Position numbers and translations under genes: made by a program
The notes under the pieces: model-generated
What the model was told of the DNA's origin: nothing
The model's database searches: none
Seen by the model: only the letters and a program-made list of their open reading frames with translations
In this document: piece by piece, positions 26,542 through 38,726 of the stretch
Numbering within the stretch: position 1 is the first letter of the stretch
Layout: each line of letters starts with the position of its first letter
DNA from: Trichosphaerium sp. ATCC 40318
Lineage: Eukaryota; Protista; Tubulinea
Assembly (NCBI GenBank): GCA_038496445.1
Contig: JALMLS010000593.1
Coordinates: 62,001-126,000, forward strand
Length of the DNA stretch: 64,000 bases
Reading direction: 5' to 3'

Positions 26542-27976
26542 TCAGAAAAGAGGAGCTTCGTTAATAAACGGAAGCTGAGGAAGAGCACCTTTGCAAGCAG
26601 CTTCTATAAACCATGTACCAAAAGCATAATATTGGAGAGTTTTACCAAATTCCTTACTACCTTCTCTTGTGCAAGGCAATTGTATACTATAAGAGACACC
26701 ACCCTTCTCTACTTCAGGTGTTCGCATAATCATTCCAGTAAAATCTTTACCTGGTCCGCTTGTAAGCTTCACTCTCGATCCTTTTCTCAAGTCCCATTCC
26801 ATGAGATATTGCTCACTCTTCAATCCAGTGTCGCAGTCATAGGGTACTAAGAATACATTCTTACGCTTTGATTTACATTCGTCTGGGATGTAAGGTGTGT
26901 AAGGTATAGGTTTGTAAGGTAGTTGCATCTCAATGGAAAGAAGAAGCATAACCTCGTCAATACTTGCAAAGATTCTTAGAGATGCAAGTGGGTCTACTTT
27001 TGTTCGTTGGAAGCCAATGATGACAGATCCAAGGCCTTCATCGCTATTCACATATTTCTTACTGGCTGTTTTGACCACTCTATCGGCGTTCATACCACAG
27101 AGGCTTGTTCCTAGAGTAAGGACAAGATCAGCCTTTTTTTCTTCTTCGAGCATCCATGCAAACAAGTCACCACGTAAGCTACCAGACATTGGTACTACAG
27201 GATTTGAAGGATCAAACCAAGCACCATGTATTTCATTAATATCTTCTTGAGGAAATCCAGCCTTTAAAACAAGTTAGAACACGTGACAACAAAACGGAAC
27301 AACTTTGTTTTCGAATCCAAACTTTGTGTTTAAAAAACATCTATTTGTACCTTTTGTGGTAAGCCATCATGGTTTTGTTGTATCCAATGTTTTAAATAGC
27401 CAGTGCTGCCAAAGCATAATGAGCAAAAGTAGGATCAGCATCAAGAGGAGACTTCTTTTCAACACGACCTTTGGCTGCTGTTCCAGTTGCCATTGATTGT
27501 TTCGATTGTGAAGCATAGTCGTTTATACCACTCGCTGTAGATATACCGGCACCAGTATAGGCAACACAATGCTTAGATGCTTTGATAAGACGTGCTAGTT
27601 CCCTTACTTTTATCTTCAAAGTTTCTGGGTCTTCATTGTATTCATGAGCCTTCATTGTATTGTAACCTTTTCGGGCTTCAACATCACAATAGGTACGAAG
27701 AATAGGTGATGCCCATCCTTTACCCTTTCCTAGATGCCCATGCATATAAATATCAGTGACATCTTCAACGTCATCCATGCGGCGGAGGTTGCTGTCCTAG
27801 AAAGGTTGAGTGTTGGACTTAACAAAAAGATAGTTTGTCAGACATACATTTTCTACTTTGTCAGCTGATTGGTTTGTAGTGTCTATTGATAGATGCTTAA
27901 AGTAGTCAGCCAAGTACGTGTTTACTTGAGCTACATCTTCGTATGTAAATGGTACTTTGGTATTAGAAGCTTTCAT
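26542..27976 (-). CDS. Sirtuin (class IV-like) lacking the Zn-binding subdomain; frameshifted at about 27400 as given (pseudogene, null allele or assembly error)
   Basis: YTGAGISTASGINDY, PTFAHYAL, QQNHDGL (shifted frame), EIHG, LGTSL; start codon uncertain. Confidence 0.8.
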
Positions 27977-28229
27977 CGTTTTGAGAATATTGTTAAATAA
28001 ACTTCCGTTGTGTACTGGTTTTTTTCTTCTTCGGTTCTCGGAGTCAACAAGTTTCTCAATAAATTGGTTCACTGCATGCACATAGTTTTTTGACGAAATG
28101 CGTCGAAACACTATCAGTGCTGAAGAAACAAGAAAAAATATTTTTTTTTGTATTAAGAACTTGCTACGTAAAGATAAAGTACATAGTATGATTTTTTTAT
28201 TTTATGAATTTTATTTCAGAAAAAAAAAA

Positions 28230-30593
28230 TCATTGAAGCCATGAAGACATATCTTCATTTTGTACAAATGTAAACGCTTGCTCCTTATTACTTTCCGTAC
28301 CTTGAGACTTACTAACTTGAGTATTATTCTGTAAGAACCTAATAGTTGAAGAAGACTTTCTTGATACCTCTACAACAGGCACAGAACCAGTAGTAATGTT
28401 TTGTAAACTGTTGATTAAATCAGGTAATGATTGCTTTCTAGGTTGTGGATTAAAGATATCCTCATCAAGCTCATTAAGACCATATAATGCTAATCCTGAC
28501 TGTTTTCTCTGAGGATCTGTAGGTTGATGTTGTTTTGGGTCTTGACTAGTGAATACAAGTTGTTTTGTTGGTAGCGTTGGTCTCGAAGGTTTTCGTTGGC
28601 GCTTTGAAACGAACTTTGAGTTTGGCTTTGGCTGCGGCTTTGCCTGTGGCTGCCGCTTTGGCTGTGGAGTTGGATCACAACCAACCGTGTCAACATATTC
28701 ATATTCAATGTCCTGTACAGGGTCTGGTACTGGTTTTGGCGCTTGTTCTACGTTCTGTGGAAGTGTGCTAAATAAATCCTGTTGTTTTTGAGGTTGTGGA
28801 GGATTATGCTTTATAGATTTCTCTGAGGCAAGCTCCAGACCTTGAAACATACCAGTGTCTTCATTTGAAAACGTTGAAGGACTTTGTTGTTTTGTGATAC
28901 TTTTACGTGTACTACGTCTAGGTGATTGTTTATGAACTGACTTTTTTGCGACAGATGGTGGGCTGTTCAATTTAAATAAAATCTAAACAAAGATGTCATT
29001 TAGTACTACTTTTGTAGGCGATATTGTCGATGAGAACTGTACCGTTGAGGACTTGTCCTTTACTCCTCTATGTGTTGTAGTCTGACATAATGTTGTCAAG
29101 TAATTTTTTAGTTGTATGTGGTTGTTATTAGGTGACTCTGAAACCATAGTTTCAAGTAACTGTAAACTTTTCTATGAGGTGAGCATTTAGTATTGCGATC
29201 CCTAACGAAAAAAGTTGCATGTGTTTAGAGCACGATACAAAAAATATACACGTGTACTTTATAGCGATATCGCAAAATCTTTTGTAGAATTGCGTATCAT
29301 TCACGTTAAATACAAGGTCAAAATGTCGCGCAAATTTTTGGGTTTTTTTTTTGGCCAACAGTTTAATGCAATGTTTAACGTGAATGATACATGGTAGTGT
29401 GGTACTTTTTAACAAAAATAATAACGTACCATTTTGGTCTTGACACTACTGCTTTGATTAATACGAGTCATTATAACTTGACAAATTATGCTTAGTTTAT
29501 CTGTGTCATGTAATAATCCTTTAAATTTTTTGACATCATCTTGCTTTAGTGAAGCAGTTATACCGTTAGGCATTGTAAGGCTCTCTAAGCGTGTATCAAT
29601 ATATCAAATACCCCTCAAAAAAAAAGTACAGATTGATGCACGTCTACACGTGTAGACGAATTTTCGCGTAGATAGAAGCTACACAAAAAGCGATGGAATC
29701 AAGTTCAAAAAAAAAAATCCGGTTTTCCTCAACACTTACCTATTATGGAAGACACGTGATCCTCGTACTCAGGACTATCTTCGATTACATTATTACCAAT
29801 GTCTTCTAAGATTGGCTTTGTGATCATAGGTTGTACATGAGTTGGGTAGTAAGGTTGTCGTGGAGAGACTTGTTGTGCTTGTTGTGGTTGTTGTGGTTGT
29901 TGTTGCGTGTTGGAAGGTGTCTTTTTTGCTATCATGTCATGTCAGTCTGTTAAATTGTGATTCAAGTACACTGAGAGGTGAAAAGGCGTACTTTTCGGTG
30001 TCGTTGAATATAAATCGCTGAGTACGAGCTATAAGGTTTAGAGTTGCTTTTTTTGTTTGGCTGTTACCTTTGCTTGACTGTGAAGTGCATCGTAGGGCGT
30101 GTTACCAAGTTGTGGATGTGGCGGGCCACGAAACGCTGAATGCGTTAGAAATGGAAAGCGAGCTATAACTTACCTGTTTGCATGCGTATGACCTTAGTAT
30201 GAGGTTGTATTTGTTCACGGAACGGTAAGTGACCAAATTCTAGCATGTGTCGTATTACTAGTAAGCTACTAGTGTCAACTACGCGTTGGGTGTACGTTTC
30301 GTACCATTTTAGCTTTTCTGCAACCTTCTTGCTGTTCGTCAACTTTGAAAGCAAGTAGCTTGCCGCCTTTTTACATGTTTGGACATTTGATCGTATAATT
30401 GCTCACAGTTAAGGATAAAAGGAAAGAATTATTAAAAACCGTCAAAGAATTCGTTTGGGATACTGTCCAGCTCTTTATACATATAACCAGGTATTGTCTA
30501 AGATCATTTACTTGATATGATAATACAATCGCGTACATCTTCGTTATTTTGTGTAGCAGCATCTATCTTACTTTTGTAGCCATAGCCGAACAT
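28230..30593 (-). CDS. TEPSIN: Tepsin (AP-4 accessory ENTH/VHS-like protein)
   Basis: AATQNNEDTIPGYMYKEL, FRGPPHPQLGNTPY, second VHS-like block (LTMPNGI..), AP-4 ear-binding-like motifs MFQGLEL and C-terminal AFTFV. Confidence 0.88.
30402..30463 (-). other. Probable U12-type (minor) GT-AG intron in tepsin
   Basis: Donor GTATCCCA, branch site TCCTTAAC just before TGTGAG acceptor; removal keeps the ENTH frame (ELD-T-IIRSN). Confidence 0.75.
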
Positions 30594-30729
30594 CGTTGGC
30601 AGGCCTCGGAAGTTCAATAATTGGCTTAACGAGTTTACATTTGTGACTTGGTTGTTTCAACGCTATGTGATTTGAATGATGAGTAACGCGCCAACGAGCG
30701 CCAAAAATCAACAAAACACACCAGATAAT

Positions 30730-32424
30730 ATGTCTGGTGATGGGTTACAGCTGGCAGAAGTTGAAACAGTTCCGTTACCTAATGTATTTCCAGAGCTATG
30801 GGTATGGGTACACTAAATACGCGTAGTACTGACTTATGAAAGAAAATGAATTTGATTACTGCTTGTTGTACTGGAGAGCTCATATTCGTTGCTTCTGGAT
30901 GCGAAATAATTGCTTACAGCACCAAAAACTTTATTGGTATGCTATTTTAGCAAAATCGTTCTTATAAGTGCAGAACGCCCTCAAGAAATGTGCAGAATCC
31001 ATGTAGAAAACGCAGATGGAGATGACGCAGATGTACAAAACGAGTTATAACTACCACTTAACAAGATACAGGAAGAAATAAATCAAATTAAATGTGGCAT
31101 GTTGGGCAATGTTCCAGTGCTAATATGTGTAGCAGACAGAGGCACTGTAACCATCTTTTCATCTATACAACCTTCACTACCTCCCTTGAAGCTACAAACT
31201 AGAATTCCAACCTGGTACTGTTGATGTTACTATAAATACTTGCTAATCATGTCCACTAAGGGGTTTGAGTTGTGGGTCAGTTGATAACAAAAGCTGTCTA
31301 GCAGTATCTGCAAATTCATTTGAAATCACTCTGTTTAAGCTTGATGAGATGTTAAAGCGTGTGCCTATAGGCGTACAACTTGCAGGTCATGGCCATAATG
31401 TACCTGCAATAGATTTTCATCCAAACGGCGATTTTATAGCTTCAGTATCTGTCGATGGTACTTTCTAAGTTGCCTTAAATATTTGACATTTGACAGGTAC
31501 TGTAAAAATTTGGGATATCGCCAAAACCTCAATAATAGCATCAAAGGCACTAGGTACAATCCAAAATTTGAGATAAATAAAATGTCTTATATAAGTATAG
31601 GGAGTCAGTGGGGTTGGAGTTGTCGATGGATAGCCAAAAAAGATATTCTTAAAGTATGCCCTATTTCTCCGTTTTTACAACAATTTGCAATTAGTGATCA
31701 GTCGGAGGACGTCAAAGTAAGCTATACGAATGAATGTTCACTAAAATACTGAATAGATTGAAAGCACTAAAGATGAGATACAAATTTATGAGGTTGGAGA
31801 TGCTACGAACGTGTTGCACTTGCTCCAGCGCTCAGCAGAACATACCACAAACACACCTCCACCTAAGGATAGCACAATACACAACAAAAAATTACCTGAT
31901 ACCCATGTTCTACTAACAGCTACTGTGAACAATATATACCTCTACGACAAAGAATTGAACGTTCTCTCAGATATGTACCAAGGTATTTAACAAAAAGACT
32001 TCAAAAAAACAAGTTCACTTTCCAATCTTTTTTTTTTAGGACTACCTGATAGAGACGCTATACTTACGATAAGACTACAAAACATGATACGCTTTTCAAT
32101 ACTTGAATTCATTCCTGAGTTGTCTGTCATTGTTGCTGCATCTCAAGGAGCTAGAAAGTGCCTTGTAGCTCGTATTTATTTCAATGTTGCACAAAACAAA
32201 TATGAGGTACAAAAAACTCTTGTATGAAATATATGTTTACATAATTTTAGCTTAAACCTCTGGCAACATTCCCAAACAGTCTTGATGATCACGTGCCTTT
32301 ATCAGGTATGACAATTTTAAAGATATCAGACAAAGATTCTCCAATAGCTCAATATGCTGTTTTACTATTGTATCAAGATGCTCAAGTAACCTCATTTGTA
32401 TTAACACAAAAAGTTTCGAGTTAA
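30730..32424 (+). CDS. CRT10-like WD40 protein
   Basis: WKMNLI, EEINQIKCG, TWGL, LAVSANSFEITLF, GHGHNVPAIDF, QWGW. Confidence 0.75.
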
Positions 32425-32513
32425 GATTAGTCTGAAATAAAAATTGTAAATTGGATGAAAAAACGTGACTTGTTACAACTTTGTTTTATTCGTTATTCTA
32501 GAGTTTAAATGCC

Positions 32514-35500
32514 ATGAGTAGGCCAGAAAAGAATTCCCTTAAGGCATGGGAGGAGTCTGCAAAGCTCACAGACTCCGAGTTGGACTTTTTGAGCACTTTG
32601 AAACAAAAAGCTGCTGAACGACCTTTGCCAGCAGGCTTGGTGACGCCAGATGAACAATTGGGTGAAGAAACGCTTGATGTACAAGATAACAAAGAAATTG
32701 CAAACGTTGATACGTTGCCACTACTTGACACAGTAGATGACTTCCTACAATGGTATAGTAACGTTGAACAAGAAATGAATGATCCTTTGCGCGTGTACAA
32801 GTAAGAACGTCAAATTACGCTCTCAATTTCGCTCATTTCACCAGGCAATACGAAGAGGAACTAAAATCATACAAAGGGGCAGCAGTGGCAATAGGTACGT
32901 TAAATAGACATTTCGACGCCACCACTCGCTAAAAAACCACCAGGCGCCGATATTGCCGATGCTTTGGCTTCCCTACAAGAAATTGAAGATAAATACACAG
33001 TCTTGTCACAAAAAACAGGAGAGCTTGATAAAGCAGCTCAAACGCTACTAGTAGAAGAAGTACTATCAAAAAATAACGTTTTTTAAAATGTCACTTATTC
33101 AGATCGTTTAGAATCAACTGAAAGCTTTCGCAGATGATTTGAGAGATAAACTGAATTATTTTACAGAGCTAGAGAGTATTTCAAACAAATTGAATAATCC
33201 AAAATTGTCAGTTCTTGATGATCACTTTTTTCCACTTGTGGCGCGGCTAGACAAGTGTATACTATTCATACAACAACATGTACGTCTTTTTTATAAAATA
33301 ATAAACCTATTAAAGGTGCTATGTATCTATGAAAGCTAACACTTGCTTGTCAATCCGTCAAGCCAACTTTTTTGGAATCTGAAAAATATTTGATTAAATA
33401 CAGAGCACTTCAAGGAAAAACATTCACAATGGTTAAGAACCATATCATAAACGCATTAAGAAAGACATCTTCAAAGGTCTTAGAGCAAGTCAAGGTATGA
33501 CATAAATGACCTTTTGTTTTGATCACGTGATTTTTATACCTTGAACAAAACATTGATGTTAAAAATAGGATGAACAAATGGCTGATAAAACAATGGCTTA
33601 TTACTTTGAGTTTAAGACAGTAGCTCCAAGTATAAAGCCTTTATGTCAAGAGATTGAGACTAGATCTAGTCAACGTGGTTATACAGCACTATTGGCTGAT
33701 TGTCACTATTGTTACTTCCAACAGAGAACTCTTGTTTTGGGTCCTTTGGTAAAACAACATTTTGATAAATACAAAGGATTGGCTACTTTTGATACTACAG
33801 TACGTTAACTTGTAATAGTTATAGCGATGATTCTATACTTACTTAGTATTCATAGATACGAGAGGGATGTAAATATTTATGCTTCATTGCGTATAACGAG
33901 TATGAGCTTTACAAGATGTTTTTCAATGGTGATGCCTCGGATCTTAGGTATGTTGTTGTCTTCAAGTGGAGTGTAACTTTCTTTTTTTTTTGTTTATTAC
34001 TAAAGCTGATACACTTCTATTAGAATGTTGCTTGAAGGTTTCTTTACATCGTATTATGATTCATTAAAGCCTTTGATTGTACACTGCCATGATATTAAGA
34101 AGCTGTGTAATGTTATAGGCATTGTACAAGAAATTATAGCTTCTGAAGTAGAGAACAAAGGTAAAGCATATCTGCACAAGATTTTCTACGGATGTTACTA
34201 AGTGCTTATTTTCTTAGAGAGTGGTGGAGCAGTTCAGACGATAATGACACGTATTTTGGAGGATGTTCAGGAACGTACAATCTTTGTTGCTCAGACAAGA
34301 ATACGTGACGATATAGCTGGTTTTGTGCCATCTGAAAGCGACCTCAACTACCCTGAGAAGCTCATAGAGTGTAGGTTACTTTACCTTTTAAACACTTATA
34401 CTCAATATTACTTGTAGTACGCAAGCGTACCAAGACGGATGGTAAACTTGACGAAAATGATGCTAAGGATACAACACAAGTCAAAGATAAAGCTGAGGTT
34501 GATGATGAGGTGTCACGTCTTTACGCAACTTATTATCCAACGCTTGCAAAGACTATAAGCATTCTTACAAGCCTACATAGTAGTATAGATGTACGTTAGG
34601 AGTATATTGTTGAAAATGCCTTTTCTGAGTATGTGTAGGTTGTAGCTTTTGAGGGTTTAGCTCAAGAAGCTATGCGTCAGTGCACCAAGTCATTGTGCCA
34701 AGCTTCAAACTTCATTCAAGAGAAAAAAGTACGTGAACTTTTCGTGTGTTTCTTTTTTTTTTTGGTACCGTTTTTTTTAATGATCGTTTAATTGTGTTGC
34801 TCAGGGCGTAGCAGATGGTCAATTATTCCTTATATTCAATTTATTCATGTTCCAAGAACATCTAGTAGCGTTTGATATAAACTTAACAGTAGAAGAAAAG
34901 CATCTAGACTTCTCACACATCCTTGGTACATTTTTTTTTGAGAAAAAAGTTTGGCTGCATTCCAACAAATTTACCTTGCTAGTGCTCCTTCGAAATGTCA
35001 TAAATGGATTCCAACCATTGAGCTACTTATATGCTTTAATGAGACCATACCTTATTGTTGAGTTCATCGCTAAAGTAAGTCCATCAATGCTACGACAAAG
35101 ATGTCATTTTATTTATTATCTTCTTTTTTAGGTTACACCTAAAATCAGATCTGAAGAGTTTGATCTTAAACAAGAGCTTGTTGATTTACTAAAACAAACC
35201 AACGAAGCATTTATTCTCCATGTCACTAAAAACGCTATTGAGAAGCTCTTATCATTTCACACACAGGTAATCCTTTGTGAATACAAGCAAACGCAAAATA
35301 TCATTAACACTCCTTCTAGGCAAGTGCCTTCCTTAGCGTAAAGAGAAATAAAGGTGTTGTGAGTATATCTAGTGCTGATAAACCCATGGACTTGAGGGCA
35401 CAATCTTTCGCTGACCCAGGTAAGAGGAGATAAACATTAAGTTAAAAAAAACCCTGCTAATAATGTAATTTTCTAGAACACGTTAATACTATCACTAAAG

Positions 35501-35865
35501 AGACTTTCGAAAACCTTAATCAAATGCAACCTATTATAGAGAAGCTGGCATTGTATATTACTAATCCTCGTGCTCAAGAGAGCATTTTTAAGTCAGTCAA
35601 GGTGCGTTTACTGACCGAAGGCTTTTGGGGTTTTTTTCTCTAATTTTTTTTCGTTTTTGACTTGTCAATATTGAAACAGCACCTGACGCTCTTGTTCTAT
35701 TAGGATAACATCATGGAAGCTTTTGACAAGTTAAATAGCTTTGTTAACCAAGAGTTTCCCGAAGATTTGAGAAAGCAAGTGTCACTTATGAGTACAGATG
35801 ACATTGCCAAACTTCTTGGTAAATTTTTAGATAGCGGAAATGTTAAATATAATACAAGTGCTTGA
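32514..35865 (+). CDS. COG3: Conserved oligomeric Golgi complex subunit 3 (Sec34)
   Basis: DFLQWY, KLNYFTELESI, RLDKCI, LADCHYCYFQQR, LEDVQERTIF, DLNYPEKL, YPTL, FEGLAQEA, DGQLFLI. Confidence 0.95.
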
Positions 35866-36084
35866 AGGAAAAAAGTGCGTAGTTTTTTGTGTTTTTTTCC
35901 CACCTTTCAGATAACTCTATACGCAATAATTGACACGTGTCTGTTGTATACAATAATTTATCTACACGTGACTATGAGCTAATATAAGCGTAGCCAGCCA
36001 TGTTTTTTCTTTTTCTCTTTGTACAAATTTTTTGAAGAAAAATTATGAGTGATTGATTGGTTTTCTTTTCTTTTCTTTTCTTCT

Positions 36085-37129
36085 TCACCAGTTTGTATCG
36101 TCACCACTTGATAAATCAAAACTATCAGAAAGTTCAAAACTGGTTATATCTTCAACCTATGAAAAGTCACGTGAGTCAGGTTTTAAGTAGACGAGAAAAC
36201 TTTAGATTTTTTTTCAATTTTTACCGATGATACTGAATCAATCAGGCTGTACAGAAACGGCTTTTCAATCTCATCCGAACTTGAATCCGCTGTTAACAGA
36301 AATCTTCCCGAGCTATATTTTAATTAGGTGAGTTTTTTAAAGGAGTTAGTGTCTTGTCTTGTCTTCTTGGTGTACCCTGACATTGAGCATAAACTTCGTG
36401 CTTCATAATCTTGTTCAGTTGCACTTGAGCTATCTGTTGCTGGTTCAAAAACCAAGTCTGCTACATTTATGGACTTGGCAAGCATAGAGAGGTTGTTGAA
36501 TTCTGAGAATGTAGGCGCTGTTCTTTCTCGGTGATGCTAGAGAGACATTACAACAACGCAGCTATATATATATTTTTTTAAGGTCTTACCTCACTAAGAC
36601 CTGCACTTCGTGGCCGACGCATTATTTCTGGTGCTTCTAGGGAACGCATAGTACCCTTACGGCTCTGGCTGCTTTCACTACTATCACTATTTTGCCTTTT
36701 ATTTCCATTGCTTTTCGATTCATTATTCCTATTTTTGATTTTTTTTTTCCTTGAGCGCTGGCCCTTAGTAGCGTTACGTCTAATGCGCGGAATGTGTTTT
36801 GCACTATGACTCCTTCTAAGTTCCTTCCTATTATAAAATAAACACAAGAACTAAGCGTGTATCACGCGCAACAATAAACAAAAAACTTGTCAACTTTAGT
36901 TCAAAAAAAAAGATTTAATTAATCCCAAGAAATGACTACCTCCGCGTTGCCGTTTCGGTCACGTGACAAAAGTTTGAATACAAAAAAGAAAAAAATCACA
37001 CATGTGAATAAGCATAAGAGATATAGCCACTTTGGCGTACCCAGGCGATTTTGTGCCTCGTTTGTTGTTTGCTGTTGCTACGTTTAACTTTTTCTGCCGT
37101 TTGTTTGTTTTTTTGCTTTTCGTGCGCAT
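36085..37129 (-). CDS. Small K/R/S-rich low-complexity hypothetical protein
   Basis: MRTKSKKTNKRQKK start, exon with RRSHSAKHIPR..MRRPRSAGLSE, acidic end ..GDDTNW*; GT-AG introns. Confidence 0.55.
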
Positions 37130-37653
37130 GTCGCCTTCCACTATAGTTATATGGTTTAGTACAAAGTAATTAATTATGTAAGTCGCTAGTACAGGCAACT
37201 TTTCGCCTTCGCGGTCTCTTCACATCTACCTCTGCCATATCCTAACGCACATGCAAAAAAACTGATGGTAAACAAAAGAATTCTGCCTTCAAAAACTTGA
37301 AAGAAACGTAACGACTGCTTGCGTCAGCCAAGCCCGCTGATTCTAATCATAGAATACGAGTTAACAATATCACTAGGTGACGCTAAGCATGTAATTGGAG
37401 CTACGGGCGCCGGTACAAGCCCGTGTTTGTGTGTTCTTTGAACATCATGAAAGTAGCAGTGCTTGTGTTGTTTAGTTTAGGAAAGTGTTGGTAGGTGATC
37501 TGCGGGCGTATTCGTGTACAATTTGTTCAACAAAACGTCGGCGAATTATTGTGTGTCCGGAAAATCCACGAAGTACGAAGATCTAAATTTCATAAATTGA
37601 TACATATTTCCTAATACAAACAATCGCAACACATAACCCCTCATATATACAAG

Positions 37654-38169
37654 ATGCCACGTAAATCCTATGATATCCTTATACAAGACTACGGTATGGA
37701 AGAGTCTCAAATGACACCATCAAACAAGATGAGACCAGAAATTCGGATAGCAGGTACGACAATATAAATTTTTTCTAAACGTATACTTGATTCTGACAGT
37801 TTTTTGTTTTGAAGGTAAATGCTACAAGCCACAGTACCTCAACAACTCTAAAGTCATATGGCAATTTAAAGGTATACCTTGGGAAAAGAATGGAACTGGT
37901 ATACTTATTGTTGGTGTTAATGTAAGTGTAAATTTCGAAACTCAAGACAACATTCTACATTTCTCTGAAACATTTTTTTCGCTCTTTTTCAAATAGTGTC
38001 TTTACTGATTCTCATTCCTCAGGGTATGGAACATGCCGCTGCTGTATCAAAGAGACTACACGAATTTTCCTCTAAGAAACATCAACAGATTAAGTTGAGT
38101 CCAGGAAGAGGAAGGAAAAGCTTTGTAATACTAGACGTCACTTTCAAAAAAGCAAAAGCAACAAAATGA
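37654..38169 (+). CDS. Small hypothetical protein (about 110-120 aa)
   Basis: MPRKSYDILIQDYG..RIAGKCYKPQYL..LIVGVNGMEHAAAV..KKAKATK* via two in-frame GT-AG introns; an upstream exon near 37447 is possible. Confidence 0.6.
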
Positions 38170-38464
38170 AACGGCGAAAGAAAAAAAAAAAAAAAACAAT
38201 AACTGCAAGTTCTTCCAACCAATATTCGGGATACAAACGTGCAGCAAATACCCAAAAAAGATCTCCGAAACCCGGAATGTATGTAAAAAGATGTATAAAC
38301 TGAACTAAACTGTGTATAAAAGAAAATAATAACAACTGACTCTCTTGTGTAAAAATATTTCTAGTTTCCCAAACGAATTATTTAATTAAATTTTCACACG
38401 CACTTGTGTTTTAAACAAACGTGTAACTTTTTGTCCATTTGGAAGTATGTTCTTTTCTCCTGTT

Positions 38465-38692
38465 ATGTACTAAACTACTTCGCCATTGATCATACCCAAT
38501 GATTTGAGTTGGCTAGGACTTAAGGACGCCTACTTTGGGGCAATCTCTTCAGATGTCTTCCTGTCCACTAAGCGGAACTTGCCGGGGTTGTGATTCTCCT
38601 TCATCCAATAATCGAGTTCTTCCGCATAGCTCTATAGCCACGCTGTCTTGTATTCTACCGCGAGCGGTAGTGTTCCGCTGTATATTTTGGTT
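38465..38692. ncRNA. Candidate structured ncRNA or structured 3' UTR (unassigned)
   Basis: GC-richer island between convergent genes, stops in the frames I translated, several perfect stems (AGCGGAAC/GTTCCGCT, CTACCG/CGGTAG, TGGCTA/TAGCCA, CATTG/CAATG). Confidence 0.35.
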
Positions 38693-38726
38693 TTAATGGT
38701 CTTTAACAACTTTTGAAAAACTTAAA

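Noticed and set aside
37673-37680. ATATCCTT as an AT-AC minor intron donor
   Set aside because: Lies in an open exon (YDIL) with no downstream CCTTAAC branch site.
38465-38545. Canonical U12 snRNA (TAAACT, TAAGGA, CCTACTTTG words)
   Set aside because: Spacing and Sm-site position do not fit U12 architecture.
38388-38710. TAG reassignment suggested by three in-frame TAGs
   Set aside because: TAG ends Grl, PARP16 and Ras normally, and I saw no internal TAG in conserved genes.
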